Source: Mobula birostris
Lineage: Eukaryota
DNA: 64,000 nt
Reading direction: 5' to 3'
Assembly: GCF_030028105.1 (NCBI RefSeq)
Contig: NC_092379.1
Coordinates: forward strand, 30,339,715-30,403,714
The translations under genes were made by a program, and so were the position numbers. This document shows positions 13,670 through 26,641 of this stretch, piece by piece. Numbering within the stretch: the first letter of the stretch is position 1; the number at the start of each line of letters is the position of its first letter. Below the pieces are notes generated by a model. It was not told where the DNA came from and made no database searches. It saw nothing but the letters and a program-made list of their open reading frames with translations.

Positions 13670-14820
13670 TAGTCATAGTCATGGTCATACTTTATTGATC
13701 CTGGGGGAATTTGGTTTTCGTTACAGTTGCACCATAAATAATAAATAGTAATAAAACCATAAATAGTTAAATAGTAATATGTAAATTATGCCAGTAAATT
13801 ATGAAATTAGTCCAGGATCAGCCTATTGGCTCAGAGTGTCTGACCCTCCAAGGGAGGAGTTGTAAAGTTTGATGGTCAAAGGCAGGAATAACTTCCTATG
13901 ACGCTCTGTGTTGCATCTCGGTGGAATAAATCTCTGGCTGAATGTACTCCCGTGCACAACCAGTACATTATGTAGTGGATGGGAGACATTGTCCAAGATG
14001 GTATGCAACTTAGACAGCATCCTATTTTCAGACACCACCGTGAGAGAGTCCAGTTCCATCCCCACAACATTACTGGCCTTAGGAATGAGTTTGTTGATTC
14101 TGTTGGTGTCTGCTACCCTCAGCCTACTGCCCCAGCACACAACAGCAAACATGATAGCACTGGCCACCACAGACTCGTAGAACATCCTCAGCATCGTCCG
14201 GCAGATATTAAAGGACCTCAGTCTCCTCAGGAAATAGAGACGACTCTGACCCTTCTTGTACACAGCCTCAGTGTTCTTTGACCAGTCCAGTTCATTGTCA
14301 ATTCGTATCCCCAGGTATTTGTAATCCTCCACAATGTCCACCCTGACCCCCTGGATGGAAACAGGGGTCACCGGTACCTTAGCTCTCCTCAGGGCAACCA
14401 CCATCCTCCTTAGTCTTTTTCACATTAAGCTGCAGATAATTCTGCTCACACCATGTGATAAAGTTTCCTACCGTAGCCCTGTACTCAGTCTCATCTCCCT
14501 TGCTGATGCATCCAACTATGGCAGAGTCATTCGAAAACTTCTGAAGATGACAAGACTCTGTACAGTAGTTAAAGTCCGAGGTGTAAATGGTGAAGAGAAA
14601 GGCAGACAAGACCGTCCCCTGTGGAGCCCCAGTGCTGCTGATCACTCTGTCGGTCACACAGTGTTGCAAGCGCATGTACTGTGGTCTGGCAATCAGGTAA
14701 TCAAGAATCCATGACACCAGGGAGGTATTCAGCTGCTTCGCTGTCAGCTTCTCCCCCAGCAGAGCAGGGTGGCTGGTGTTGAACGCACTGGAGAAGTCAA
14801 AAAACATGACCGTCACAGTG
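13670..14820 (-). mobile_element. 5'-truncated Rex1/Babar-like LINE (RT C-terminal half plus 3' tail)
   Basis: ORFs 14379-14873 and 13823-14404 give FDFSSAFNT, GAPQGTVLS, QKFSNDS, YKYLG, SRLYFLRRLRSF. AATAAA and (ATGACT)n tail at 13670-13700. Confidence 0.9.
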
Positions 14821-15450
14821 TTCAATGGCTTAGGGATTGCAGCAGAGTGCAGAGATTCAGATTTACGAATCATTGGGACCTTTTTTGTGGCAGGTGTGAC
14901 ATTTACAAGAAGGACGGGTTTCGCTTGAATCCGAAGGGGACAAATATCCCGGCGGGGAGGTTTGCAAAGACAGTTGGGGAGAGTTTAAACTAGAATTGCT
15001 GGGGGTTGGGAACCGAACTGAAGTAACGGAGGATGAGGCGGTTGGCTCACAAAGAGAGAAAGCCTTAAGACAGCGCGGGAGGGAGGATAGGCAGGAGATG
15101 GAGAAGGATGGCGCTCAGACCGGTTGTCTGAGATGTGTCTATTTTAATGCAAGGAATATAACCAACAAAGTGCATGAGCATAGAGCGTGGATCAGCACTT
15201 GGAGATATGATGTTGTGACCATTACAGACACATGGATCGCTCAGGGGCAGGAACGGTTTTTCGAGTGCCTAGATTTAAATGTTTTAGAAAGGACAAGGAG
15301 GGAGGAAAAAAGGTGGGGGCGTGGCACTGTTGATCAGAGATAGTGTCAAGGCGGCAGAAAAAGAGGAAGTTATGGAGGAATTATCTACGCAATCTCTGTT
15401 GTTGAAAGTTAGGACCAGGAAGGGGGTCAATTACCTAACTGGTTTTAGCC
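14821..15450 (+). mobile_element. CR1 LINE ORF1 end plus ORF2 start (continuation of 13150-13669)
   Basis: WLRDCSRVQRFRF.NHWDLF..R.DIYKKDG..LNPKGTNI.AGRF, then CVYFNARNITNKVHE..AWISTWRYDVVTITDTW. Confidence 0.85.
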
Positions 15451-15451
15451 A

Positions 15452-15504
15452 TTCACAGTAACATTAATTTTCTGCAGGGGTGCCCAAACTTTTGCATACC
15501 ACTG
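15452..15504. repeat. Solo Tc1 terminal inverted repeat fragment
   Basis: cacagtaac...caggggtgcccaaacttttgcataccactg matches the right end of the Tc1 element (17080-17130). Confidence 0.7.
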
Positions 15505-15527
15505 CATTTCAGATCAGTTCCCAAATA

Positions 15528-17130
15528 CAGTGGCATGCAAAAGTCTGGGCACCCCTGGTCAGGATTCTGTTGCTGTGAATGGCCAAGTGAGTAAAAGATG
15601 GACTGATTTCCAAAAAGCATAAAGCTAAAGATAACAAATTTCTTTAATATTTTAAGCAAGAAAACTTTTTTTGTTTCCATCTTTTACAGTTTCAAAATGA
15701 CAAAAAAAGGAAAAGGGCCCGAAGCAAAAGTTTGGGAACCCTGCATGGAAGTACTTAGTAATACCCCCTTTGGCAAGTATCACATCTTATAAATGCTTTT
15801 TGTAGCCTGCTAAGAGTCTTTCAATTCTTGTTTGGGGGATTTTTGCCCATTCTTCCTTGCAAAAGGCTTCAAGTTCTGTGAGATTCTTGGGCCGTCTTGC
15901 ATGCACTGCTCTTTTGAGGTCTATCCACAGATTCTCGATGATGTGAGGGGACTGTGAAAACCTTCAGCTTGCACCTCTTAAGGTAGTCCATTGTGGATTT
16001 TGAGGTGCTTTTAGGTTCATTATCCTTTTTAGAAGCCATCCTCATTTCATCTTCGGTGTTTTAGAGACGGTGTGTTGTTTGATTCCAGAATTTTCTAGTA
16101 TTTAATAGACTTCATGGTTCCCTCGACCAGTAAATGTTCCCCGTACCACTGGTTGCAACAGAAGCCCAAAGCATGATCGATCCACCCCGTGCTTAACAGT
16201 TAGAGAGGGCTTCATTTCATGAAATTCTATAGCCTTTTCTCCAAACATACCTTTGTTCATTGCGGACAAAACGTACTATTCATATGGTTCAAAGGAACAT
16301 CTAAACAAGCCTGATGCATTTTGGAAACAAGTCCTCTGCACTGGTGAAGTTAAAATAGAACTTTTTGTCTGCAGTGAGGAAAGATATGTTTGGAGAAAAA
16401 AGAGTGAATAATTTCCTGAAATTAACCTCCCCCCAACTGTGAAGCACAGGGGTCAATCTATCATGGTTTGGGCTCGTGTTGCAGCCAGTGGCACGGGCAA
16501 CATTTGCTGGTAGAGGGAGGAATAAATTCAATTAAATACCAGCAAATTCTAGAAGCAAACATCACACCGACTGTAAAAGTAGCAGAAGATGAAAAGAGGA
16601 TGGCTTCTACAACAGGATTATGATCCTAAACACACCTGAAAATCCACAATGGACTACCTCAAGAGGTGCAAGCTGAAGGAGTTGCCATGGCCCTCACAGT
16701 CCTCTGAACTAAACATCATTGAGAATCTGTGGATAGACCTCACAAGAGCAGTGCATGCAAGACGGTCCAAGAAACTCATAGAACTTGAAGTCTTTTGCAG
16801 GAATGAATGTGCGAAAATGCCCCACAGCAATTGAAAGACTCTTAGCTGCCTATAAAAAGCTCCTACAAGCTGTGCGACTAGCCAAACGGAGTGTTACTAG
16901 GTACTGAACATGCATGGTGCCCAAATTTTGCTTCAGGCCCTTTTCCTTGCTTTTTTTGTTATTTTGAAACTGTAAAAGATGGAAATAAAAGTTTTCTTGC
17001 GTAAAATATTTTAAAAAATGTGTCATCTACAACTTTATGCCTTTTGAAAATCAGTTCATCTTTTACTCGCTTAGATATTCACAGTAACAGAAATTTTGAA
17101 CAGGGGCGCCCAAACCTTTACGTACCACTG
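15528..17130. mobile_element. Tc1 (DD34E) non-autonomous derivative: head-to-head inverted pair of transposase 3' halves
   Basis: TA|CAGTGGCATGCAAAAG...TACGTACCACTG|TA. Right arm (+) encodes KQVLCTGEVKIELF, PTVKHRGQSIMVW and WPSQSSELNIIENLW. Left arm carries the same sequence on the minus strand. Confidence 0.9.
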
Positions 17131-19089
17131 TATATTACATCAGGTCCTGCGTAGCATGACATAAAATAAACCTGCATGTCTGTAAATAATAGATATCCAA
17201 CCGTTTGGTCATACCTCGAAATATCACTAGGCGTTGATATCAAAGTACGCTTTGTCTCTCTGTATTATAGGTTGTATCAAGTTCCTGCCGATATTAATTG
17301 AAACTCGGCATTAGACCGAATCTGCAACCCGATTTAGTAACGTTGTTTGTATTTCTGCAGATGCTTCTCCGGCTTCTGAACAACTTTTGTTCTCATGTCA
17401 CACTAGCAAGGTCTGGAGATAATTTAATTATAATCTTACTGAAGATCTTCTGGACCATTAGCATCTGGTCAGGCAGCGTCTGTGAAGGCAAAACGACCGT
17501 TCACGTTTCGAGTATATTTTTTAAAATCAAAATCCAAACTTGAAAGCCGTAATAGCAAGAGATAGAAGGAGTTTAGAGAGAGAGAGAGAAAAAAAAAGGT
17601 CACGATGAGCAGGGAAGCTCTAGGTACATACAGATGAGGAACTGTGTTTGGAAAATGGAACATATAAAAGGGAGGCTATTAATAACGTGGGTACATGGAG
17701 TTATTGAAAGTAGATAACTGCAGGTTCGTGAATACGGTATTTTAAAAAAACGTTGTGCAGGGTTCCAGAAAAGGTATGGAATCTGATCAGATGGGAGCAT
17801 TTGGGAAAAGATATAGATTTGTTCTATGGTATAAGGGAAAAGTAAATCGATTAAGGTATTGAGTTGTAAGAAACCGGGAAACACGGGACTGAAGGTACTT
17901 TAAGTAAGAGATGTGCGGAAGCACTTTTGCGGATAAAGAGGAGAAAGAAATAAACAGGGAGTAAATTACATGACATCCGTGAATTGAATTTTCATAATGT
18001 CAGATCGTAGACGTCCTAGGCTATTTGGTAATTTGTAGTTAGAAGGAGAAGTGTTTCAATTCCTCCTGTTATTGGGGAGCTGCAGGAAATTAGAATTGTT
18101 GGTCGCAGATGATGTGAAATCTCATGCATCGCAGAAAGAGTTGCCACATAAAATGACGAAAAGAGCTTGGGAAAAACAGACTCAGTTTTCTGGATGAAGG
18201 AATTGCGAGACAATAAGACAGGATGAAAGCTGATGGCTTCGTTTGGTTGTTTGTCATGGCGGAATGCGCCAGGAGCGGATAAGTGTTTCATCAAACAGTG
18301 CAAGTTCGTAGAGGAGCATGTTTTAGTGAAAATAAAATCATTTCAGATATCCCGAGATGGAAGGTGTCTTCTGCAGCACAGACGTAGCCAGCAAACTGAA
18401 AGAACAAAATGTTATTTTTTAACGAGGCGGGAAAGGGCGAAGGTGAGGTTTGTAGGCCGTTCAGATATTAGTGAGTCTGTAAAATTATCGCTAATATCGA
18501 CATTTCATAGTTTACCTCTAGAAAGACAAATCCTATATCAAGCAGTTATTCGGTCGACGCTGACGGTCTTAGATGAGCCTGGTAACGCTCATATGTGGCA
18601 TGACATTTATTTTCTCCTCATTAAAGTAGTGAACTTGTGCTGATATGCTTTTCTACTTTACATCTCGCGGACCAGAAACTCAGGAGAGATCGGTGATAGT
18701 TTCAATTTGTCCTTACTAATATTAGGCTCAACCTCGGATGAAAGCTCCATGGAATATATAAATCATCTTCTGGTTACCTGGGTTCCAAACTGCTCCTGTC
18801 GACATAGTTATAGATCCGATGATACACATCCAGATAGAGTTTTTTCTTTCTTTCTTTCTTTCTTTATGGAATCCCTGCTGCATATGTCCATTCTGCACCA
18901 ATCTGCAACGCAATTTCCTAATTGCTCTCCGAAGTTTACGTTGATATCCCTCCTCCATCATTAACAAATCAATTGACAAGTAGCACAGCTTCTCTTAATG
19001 CAATATGAGCTTTAGATGAATTTATTGCGTGTGTGTGTCTATTTTAATATAAACTCTGATATTCGATAAATAATTCGCCGCTTCCGACA

Positions 19090-19520
19090 TGCATGGCAGA
19101 CAGTACATTTCCGTCTTCGGGTTCTGAGGTCCAGGATCAAATGCAATTTGTCTATCGTCACAATTTGCCTACAGCAAATGCCAGTTCATTGGCTATACAT
19201 GCGGCCTTGGATCACCTGCACCTGCACCTCCCTCTGTAATAGGATTCTCGACATGCACACTGGAAGACGACAGTCTCTGCCAATCGGAAATAAATTATTT
19301 ACCTTGTTCATAATCAACGCTGGTGCACTTAAAGGATGTGTGTTTAGCACACTGCCCTACCTCTCTGCCGCCCCCCACCCCTCCACCCCTTCAATAACGG
19401 TATTACTCGGAATATCTTAAATGTCATCAAAAATATTGCTGACGACACAACTACTGTTTGCAAAATTTCACAAGCTAACGTGATGGCGTACAGGAGCGAA
19501 ATGTCGACAATACAGCAATA
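19090..19520 (+). mobile_element. Rex1-like LINE RT fragment
   Basis: QFAYS-like, GA.KGCV.S.L and aaatattgctgacgacacaact (KFADDTT-like) remnants. Confidence 0.6.
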
Positions 19521-19559
19521 AGATTATCAGTACAATTTGGCTCTTCCAGTCTGGCCTTC

Positions 19560-20740
19560 CATTTCATCATCGTTAAACTATTTTCCCCCTCAACCCTAAA
19601 GTTTCCTGCTCCCTGCATGCCTTCATGGCCCAAATAAACAAAAATCTCTCAACCACTGTCTTCAATACACATGAAGACCTGGCCTCCACAACTGCCTGTG
19701 ACAAACAATTCTTCAGACTGAGCACTCTCTGGATAAACAGATACTTCCTCATTTCCTCAATCTATTCGTAGACTCTATCCTCCGGTTTTATACTTTCTCA
19801 CCCTTGGAAACGTCCTCTCCATATTTACTCTATTACCGTTCGATAAATTGTAATGTCACACCTCATTCTTCAGAATGGTGTTGAATACATGCCAGAGAGT
19901 TCAAGATGAGGGGTCCACAACATCTCACGGTGTTCCAGTTGATGCCCCAGCAGTGTTTTATAAATTCTCAGCATCCCATGCAATACACTCAACATGCTGG
20001 AGGAACTCGGCAGGCCAGGGACCAACTTTGAAGAAAAATAAATACATTCGTCGTTTCGGGCTGAAACCATTCGTCCTGCTGAAAACCGCTTCTTTTTTTT
20101 TTCAAAGATACTGCCTGGCCTGCTTAGTTGGCCCAATATTTTGTGTGTGTTGTTTGGGTTTCTAGTATCTGCAGATTTTCTTTTGTTTCTCAACATTCGA
20201 TACTTGCCTTTATATTGCAGTCCTCTTGAAATGAATGCCAGCATCGCATTTGCCTTCCTAACCACAGACTCAACCTCGGAATTAACCTGAAGGGAAACTG
20301 TCAAATCCATTTGTGGCGCAGGATTTCTACTGTTTGTACATTTTTAAAACAGGGAAACCTTTCATTTCTACTACCAACGTGCATTACCGTACGCATCCCA
20401 ACACTGGTTTCCATTTGTACTTTTTGCCCTTTCTGCAAATCTGTCCAATTCCTTCTGTAGCCGCTTTAATTCCTCAAATATAACTGTCCTCCGCACTCCT
20501 TCTAGTCGTCTGTAATCTTTGTAAGAAATCCCTCAATTTCGTCGTCTAATTCATTGGCATACAATGTAAAAAGAAGCGGTCCCAACACAGACCCTGAGAA
20601 ACACCACAGTCAGTGACAATCATCACCCAGAAAAGGCTCCACTTATTCCCACTCCTTGCTTTCTGCTAATTACCAACTATTTTATGCATTGCAGAATAAT
20701 CCCTGATATACCTTGCGCTCTAGGTTTGCAAAGCCATGTT
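19560..20740 (-). mobile_element. CR1 LINE 3' fragments with an embedded Penelope terminal-repeat fragment (about 19975-20200)
   Basis: ESVVRKANAMLAFISRGLQYK in ORF 19870-20310. atgctggaggaactcggcaggccagg matches the Penelope terminus at 35944-36100. Confidence 0.7.
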
Positions 20741-20742
20741 TG

Positions 20743-21230
20743 TCAGGCAAAATAACTCAGGCCTACTTCATCAAGTGCCTGCAAAAATCTTGAGATCACA
20801 TCCTCAATAATGTTCTGTAACTCCTTCGTCAAAAGGGTCAAAGCTGAGATCAAATAAACTGTCCTATTGTTTCCTTTCTTTTTCACCTCTGCATTCTGGA
20901 AGAGTGCAATGATATTTGCTATATCACCGTATTCCAGACCTTTCCAGAGCCCAGTGGTTCTTGATTCCAGAGCTGAGATGAAGTAAATTGTCCCATTGTT
21001 TCCTTTTTTCTGCCTCTCTCCATTCTTGAAGAGAGCAGTGATATTTTCTATATCACCGTCTTCCAGAACATTCCAGAGCCCAGTGATTCTTGAAATATCA
21101 TTGCTAATGCCGAAACAATATCTTAAGAGACCTCTTTTCAGAACCCTTGTGTGTATAGCATCTGGTCCAGGTGACATCTACCTTTAGTCTTTTCAGTTTC
21201 CCAAATAACTTCTCTCAGGTAATGGTAGCT
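20743..21230 (-). mobile_element. CR1 ORF2 fragment containing a ~128-bp tandem duplication
   Basis: MSPGPDAIHTRVLK, then W..GDI.NI.ALF.N.E..KKGNN.T.Y.ISAL present twice (about 20840-20967 and 20968-21095). Confidence 0.8.
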
Positions 21231-21654
21231 TCACACAACTCATGACCGCTGACAGAAAAAAAAATTCCAACATTCTGTTGCAAGGTAGTGGCGGTGGAGC
21301 GAACCAAAGTGCTGAACACGGGCGTGGAGGCCGGGTCGGGAGGCGTTACGGTCGTAGCGAGCGTGGAATTCGTGCCCAAGAGAGTCTTCACCTGCAGTCT
21401 TGGTTTCAGTAAAGAATTCAGGAACGATGCTAGACTTAGAACTCATAGTCCTAAGAACCATGGAACGAGGTTACTCATACACGAGTGGACCAACGAACTG
21501 GCATCTCCTTGTTGTAATCACAGGGTCTTGATCCTGCAGTTTCTGATGGGAAGCAGGTGTGTGTAGTTAGTGGAATCTGGGAATGATTGGAAATTAAATG
21601 AGGTGATTGAGGCCCAATTCCTGAGTTAAATGGCAATGTAACCCATTACAACAT

Positions 21655-21775
21655 CTCTAGTAACGCACATCAAAGTTGCTGCTGAACGCAGCAGGCCAGG
21701 CAGCATTTCTAGGAAGAGGTGCAGTCGACATTTCAGGCCGAGACCCTTCGTCAGGACTCATCTAGCATCTCTAGC
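21655..21775. repeat. Penelope terminal-repeat fragment
   Basis: cacatcaaagttgctgctgaacgcagcaggccaggcagcat...ggccgagacccttcgtcagga, near-identical to 35985-36075. Confidence 0.85.
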
Positions 21776-22069
21776 ATCGTTTTCCATCGGCCGGTGTCCA
21801 TTCTCGCCTTTCGTTTAAAATTCTTATATCTTGAGAAATATAGTTTAAATTCTGCAATATTATTTCGCTAGTTTATGTTTATATTCCGCTTTACCGTCTC
21901 TCATCGTTCTGTAATTCTCTTTACTCAACCGTAATACTGATACTTATGACTTCTGTTTCGCTGTCTCAGGCAATCAGGTGAATTAGTTCATATCATGATG
22001 ACTTTTCCCGAAAGGATCTACTACCGCAATCTGTCTGATGAAGTCTGGCTAATTGCACAAAACAAAATC

Positions 22070-22690
22070 CATAATAACTGATCCCCTAGTAGTCTCCACC
22101 ACTATATCAGCTAGTTGAGTGATATTGCACCAACAATATTACACACATCGTCAGTAAGATCAAAGAATTGAACGTGGACTTCGGAATGTGTAAGACGAGT
22201 AAACACAAAGACGTCATCATTTACGGATCCGAACTGGAAAATGTGGAGTAATCGCAAACTCCTCTCTGTCATTATCTCTGAGAATCTATCCTGACCCAAG
22301 ATCTCGATGCAGTCCGATCAGATTCTGTATGCTTTCAATGATACGCGCTAACGTCTACAGATGTATCAGGGACGCATTCTAGCTGAATATATCAACATAA
22401 CTTATAATGGTAGGGGCACTGCAAATGATCGAAATAAGCTGCAGACATTTCGAAAGCCACTGAGTTCCATCGTGGGCGCTGGCCTCTATATCAGGCAGGA
22501 CATCTTCGGGACTGATGCCTCAAAAAGGCAGCTTCCATCATTGAGTATCGGTATCGCACAGGACATGCTCTGTTGAAATTATTGCCATCAGGTAGGAGGT
22601 AAAGGTGCTTGAAGGCAAACACTAAAAAAATGATGAACACGTTATTCCGTCCCGCCATCAGATTTATCAATGGAAAATGAATCCATCAAA
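22070..22690 (+). mobile_element. Rex1-like LINE 3' RT fragment, decayed
   Basis: Degenerate C-terminal RT pattern (DRNKLQ..., IRQDIF...). Confidence 0.5.
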
Positions 22691-23054
22691 ACTACATCAC
22701 TACACATTATTCCCTTTCTTAATAATGTCCATGACATATACCGAAAAAGGAATTGACACCAAAATAACCCACTGTTGACCACTACGGGTTACCGGCTCCC
22801 AATATTCCCACGCATTGCCTCCTGCCAATCAGCCACTGCTTTAGCAATGCTGGAAACTTTCCGATAACACTATACAATCGTTCCTTTTTAGTAACCTGAT
22901 GAGTGCCACCTTTTCCATCGCCTTCTCTAAATCGAAGTACACGATTATCCTTTGTCTATTCTGCTTTTGATGTGTTCAAATAATTTCAGCAGATGTGTCA
23001 GGCAAGATTTTCCTTTAAGAAAACCACGATGAATACCATTTATTTTATTATGCT

Positions 23055-23990
23055 CTGGTCAAACGGGTGCAACGCATTTGTTTCAAAGTTTGCAGATGAT
23101 GTGAAGGTAGGTGGAGGAGCAGGTAGTCTTGAGGACGTTGAGAGGCTACACGAGGACTTAGATACGTTAGGATAATGGGCAAGGAAATGGTAGATGGAAT
23201 ATAGTGTCGGAAAGTGAATGCAAGACGAAATGAAATTGTTGATCACTTTCGAAATGGAAAGAAAATGCAAAAAAAAACCTGAGGTGCGAAAGAACTTTTT
23301 GATTCTTTGTGTAGGATTGCATAAAGGTGAATTTGCGTGTGAGTCTATGGTGAGGGAGGCAAATGTTAGCATTAATTTCAAGAGGACGAGAATATAAAAG
23401 CAAGGATGCCATGTTGACATTTATAAAGCACTGGTGAGGCCTCACTTGGAGTATTTTCAGCAGTTTTGGACCCCTGATCCTCGAAGAAAAATGTGCTGAA
23501 ACTGGAGAGGGTTCAAAGGAACTTCACGAAAATGATCCCAGAATTGAATGGCTTGCCACATGACAAGCGTTTTCTGATTTAGGCCATATTCACTTGAATT
23601 CAGAAAGATGAGGGGTAGACCTCATTGTAACCAATCAAATGGTGAAATTTGACAGAGTGGATGCGAAGAGGATGCTTCCTATAATGGGAGAATCTAAGAC
23701 CAGAGGACACAGCTTCATCTTAGAGGGAAGTTCTTGTAAAACGGAAATGAGGAGGCATTCCTTTAGCCAGAGAGTGGTGAATCTGTGAAATTCATCGCCA
23801 CCGGCACCTGTTCAGCCCAAGTCTTCCTGTATATATAAGACAGAACTTGATCGGTTCTTGATTTGTCAGGCCATGAAGGGATATGGGGAGAAGGCAGGAT
23901 TTTGGGGCTGAGAGGAAGATTGGTTTAGCCATGATGAAATGGCGGGCAGAAATGACCAAATTCCGAATTTTACTCTCAGACCGTATTGTC
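23055..23990 (+). mobile_element. CR1 LINE RT C-terminus and 3' end
   Basis: FVSKFADDVKVGGGAGSLEDVERLHEDLDTLG, followed by the typical CR1 3' region. Confidence 0.85.
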
Positions 23991-24039
23991 TTATAGTCAT
24001 GGCCTTATAAGCGCTGGAAGAAACGCGGTGCTGGCATTG

Positions 24040-25100
24040 GTGCAGCAGAGCACCATGTTCTGATATGGACAGATCACAGTCAAAGTCAGGTCTGTCCCGA
24101 GCCTTTGTGGCCCAAGGTTTCTGTGACCTCCTACATCCGGGACAACTCCGTGGGCCGTCTTCGTCACAAGTTTAACTTAACCGCCCCCTGCCGACCCGGC
24201 AGCAAGACTACAAAGGCCGATGCTCTCTCGAGGCAGTTAAATCTGTCTCAAGACCAGGCCAATCCAAAGTCCATTGCTGTTTTGGTAATTTGGGCAATGG
24301 AGTCGGTGGAGAGGGCCTCCCAATAGCCGGATCCATGATCAGGTGAGGGGCCTCCGAACGAAGCGCACCCAGAATATTGAGAAAGAGTTACTCCTCTCCT
24401 CTGGTTGGCCACTGTGAATTCAAAGGATCCTGCAATTTATCAAGAGACGTTTATGGTGGCCACTTATGTACAAGAACATCCTCGACTTCGTCTCTGCCTG
24501 ACGGTCTTGTGCCCAGCACTAGACATTATGGCAGCGCACTGCGGGTCTGCTATGTCCACGGCCTGTGCCTGCTGCCTCTGCCCCACCTCTTGACGGATTC
24601 CACCACCAGTCTGCCTCTATTTGATGGATGCGGTACCATTCTGCGGTCTTGAGCGATTCCCCAGTTTTGCTCAATTTTCGGCTCTGAAGCTCCTGTCGAC
24701 TCGAGAGACTCCCAGCCTCATGGATCAGCATGTGTTCAGGCTGCAAGGATTCCCTCAGGACATAGTGACTGACCAAAGGCCACAGTTCACTTTCCGCTTT
24801 GGAAGGCCTTATGTTCGTTTGTGGGAGTCACAGCCGGGCCTCTCATCTGGTTTTCACTACCAACCTAACGGCAAGACTTAAGATTGAAGCAGGACCTGCA
24901 GACAACCCTGCGTTGCCTTGCCTCTTCTAATCCTACCTCCTGGAGCCCGTAATTGGTTTGGGCAGAGCTTGACCACTTTCAGCTCCTGCTCCTGACGTCA
25001 CCCACTGGCATGTTCTCCTTTGAATGCCTGAAGGGATTCCAGCTACTCTTCTTCACAGGCCTAGGGACTGACGTCGTTGTTCCTGCTCCAAAACTGCTAT
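24040..25100 (+). mobile_element. Ty3/Gypsy pol remnant (RNase H end and integrase)
   Basis: RPGSKTTKADALSRQ, HVFRLQGFPQDIVTDQRPQFT and LSSGFHYQPNGKT (HPQxNGQTE-like). Multiple frameshifts. Confidence 0.8.
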
Positions 25101-25509
25101 CGAATGCTACATGATTATGTGTAAACGATAAAACCATTGGGTAATAAAACACAGGAGTAGAACTGAGCAATTCGACCCATCGGATCTGCTCGGCCATCTG
25201 ATCGTGAACGATCACTTTCTCTATCAGTCCCATTCGCCTGCCTTCACTTCGTAATGTTTCAAACCCTAACTTATCAAGAATCAGCCTCCACCTTAAATAC
25301 ACTTAATGACCTGCCCTCTATAGCAAACTGTAGCAAATGAATTTCATATATTCACTATCGTATTATTAAAGAAATTCCTCCTCATTTTCTTCCTAAATGG
25401 ATGCCCCCCATTCGGATCCCAGATTTCCCATTACAGGAAACATCCTATTCACAGCCCACTCCAGCTAGGCCTTTCAGCATTCGATAGGTATCAATGAGGC
25501 ATTCGATAG

Positions 25510-25850
25510 GCATCACCGTCTGGTATGTGGGGATGGGGGCTACTGCGCAGGGTCAAAAGAGGCTACAGAAGATTGTACAATTAGTCAGCTCCACCTTGAG
25601 TACTAGCCTCCGTGGTATCTAAGACATCTTCAAAAGCAGTGTCCCAGAAAGGTGGCCTCCATCATTAAGGACCTCATCTGTCAGGACATGCCCACTTCTC
25701 ATTGTTACCGCAAGAAAGGAGGTACAGAAGCCCGAAGCCACACACTCGGCGATTCAGGTACAGCTATTTTCCCCTCTGCCATTGCCATTATACCCATGAA
25801 CACTGCCTTATTTTTAAAATATTATTTTTGTTTCTGCGCTATTTTTAATT
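25510..25850 (+). mobile_element. Rex1-like LINE 3' fragment
   Basis: WY......Q..KRLQKIV, ASIIKDL, GGTEARSHT..F..SYFP remnants. Confidence 0.6.
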
Positions 25851-26024
25851 TAATTGTTTAATTTTGTTAACCAGAAAGAACTACATTCCGCGAATCGGTA
25901 AATTCGAATTAATATAGGGTAGCAGAAACAGATGGACCAGTTGTCTTTTTTCCTGCCATGTTTCAATTCAGTAAGTAAATGGTGCCCTTATATTTTCATA
26001 ATGTAAGTGATACACACCTGCTGG

Positions 26025-26619
26025 TATTGGAAAATGTAAACGCATACATTGTATTTTCTATGTATTACAGTATTTACAATATTTACTCAACAGTATTTCA
26101 GTATTTACTCAAATGCACATATTATATTTTCTATACTTACTATGTAACCACTGCTAGCTGAATAGAGGGTATTCACTATGTAGCCATGACTTTTGACCTA
26201 ATCACTATTAATTCATGAAGAGAACTAGAATGAAACCAAGTAGGAATATAACGGTGGCGAGTAAGGTAATGAAATATGTGGCAGTATGTCAAAATAAGAC
26301 CAATTAAGAAATAACTGTGGTTAGGGATGAGGGGACACCTGGTCTAAAAAGTAAACTAGGACATAATTAAATTGGGGAGTAAAACAATAGTGGAAGGTCA
26401 AGAGCGGATGTATTGATGATCTGTGATCACAGGCCGTCTGGATATGATAATGTAGCTAAGATAGGAGATTGCTATAAAAATGTTGTGTACAAACCTCGAT
26501 GGGCAGTCAGCTACTAGTTTTCTGATTGTCTCAGCTTTGATTTGCAAATTAAAGTTTAAAACGTCTTGAAGGATTTTCTGCGTCTCCTTGTTGTTTGTAA
26601 GAAACGAGAAACCACGACA
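26025..26619 (+). repeat. 5' LTR (595 bp)
   Basis: TATTGG...CACGACA, TATAAAAA at 26473-26480, ATTAAA at 26548-26553. About 18 substitutions and 1 indel versus the 3' LTR by manual count (~3%). Confidence 0.97.
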
Positions 26620-26623
26620 AAAT

Positions 26624-26641
26624 TGGGGTCACGAACAGGAT
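26624..26641 (+). promoter_or_regulatory. Primer-binding site, tRNA-Ser(CGA)-type
   Basis: TGGGGTCACGAACAGGAT, 4 nt after the LTR. 17/18 match to the complement of the vertebrate tRNA-Ser(CGA) 3' end as I recall it (TGGCGTCACGAACAGGAT). Confidence 0.8.

Noticed and set aside
17545-19010. Possible L1/Tx1-type LINE remnants
   Set aside because: No diagnostic motif could be recovered by eye, so it was left unannotated.
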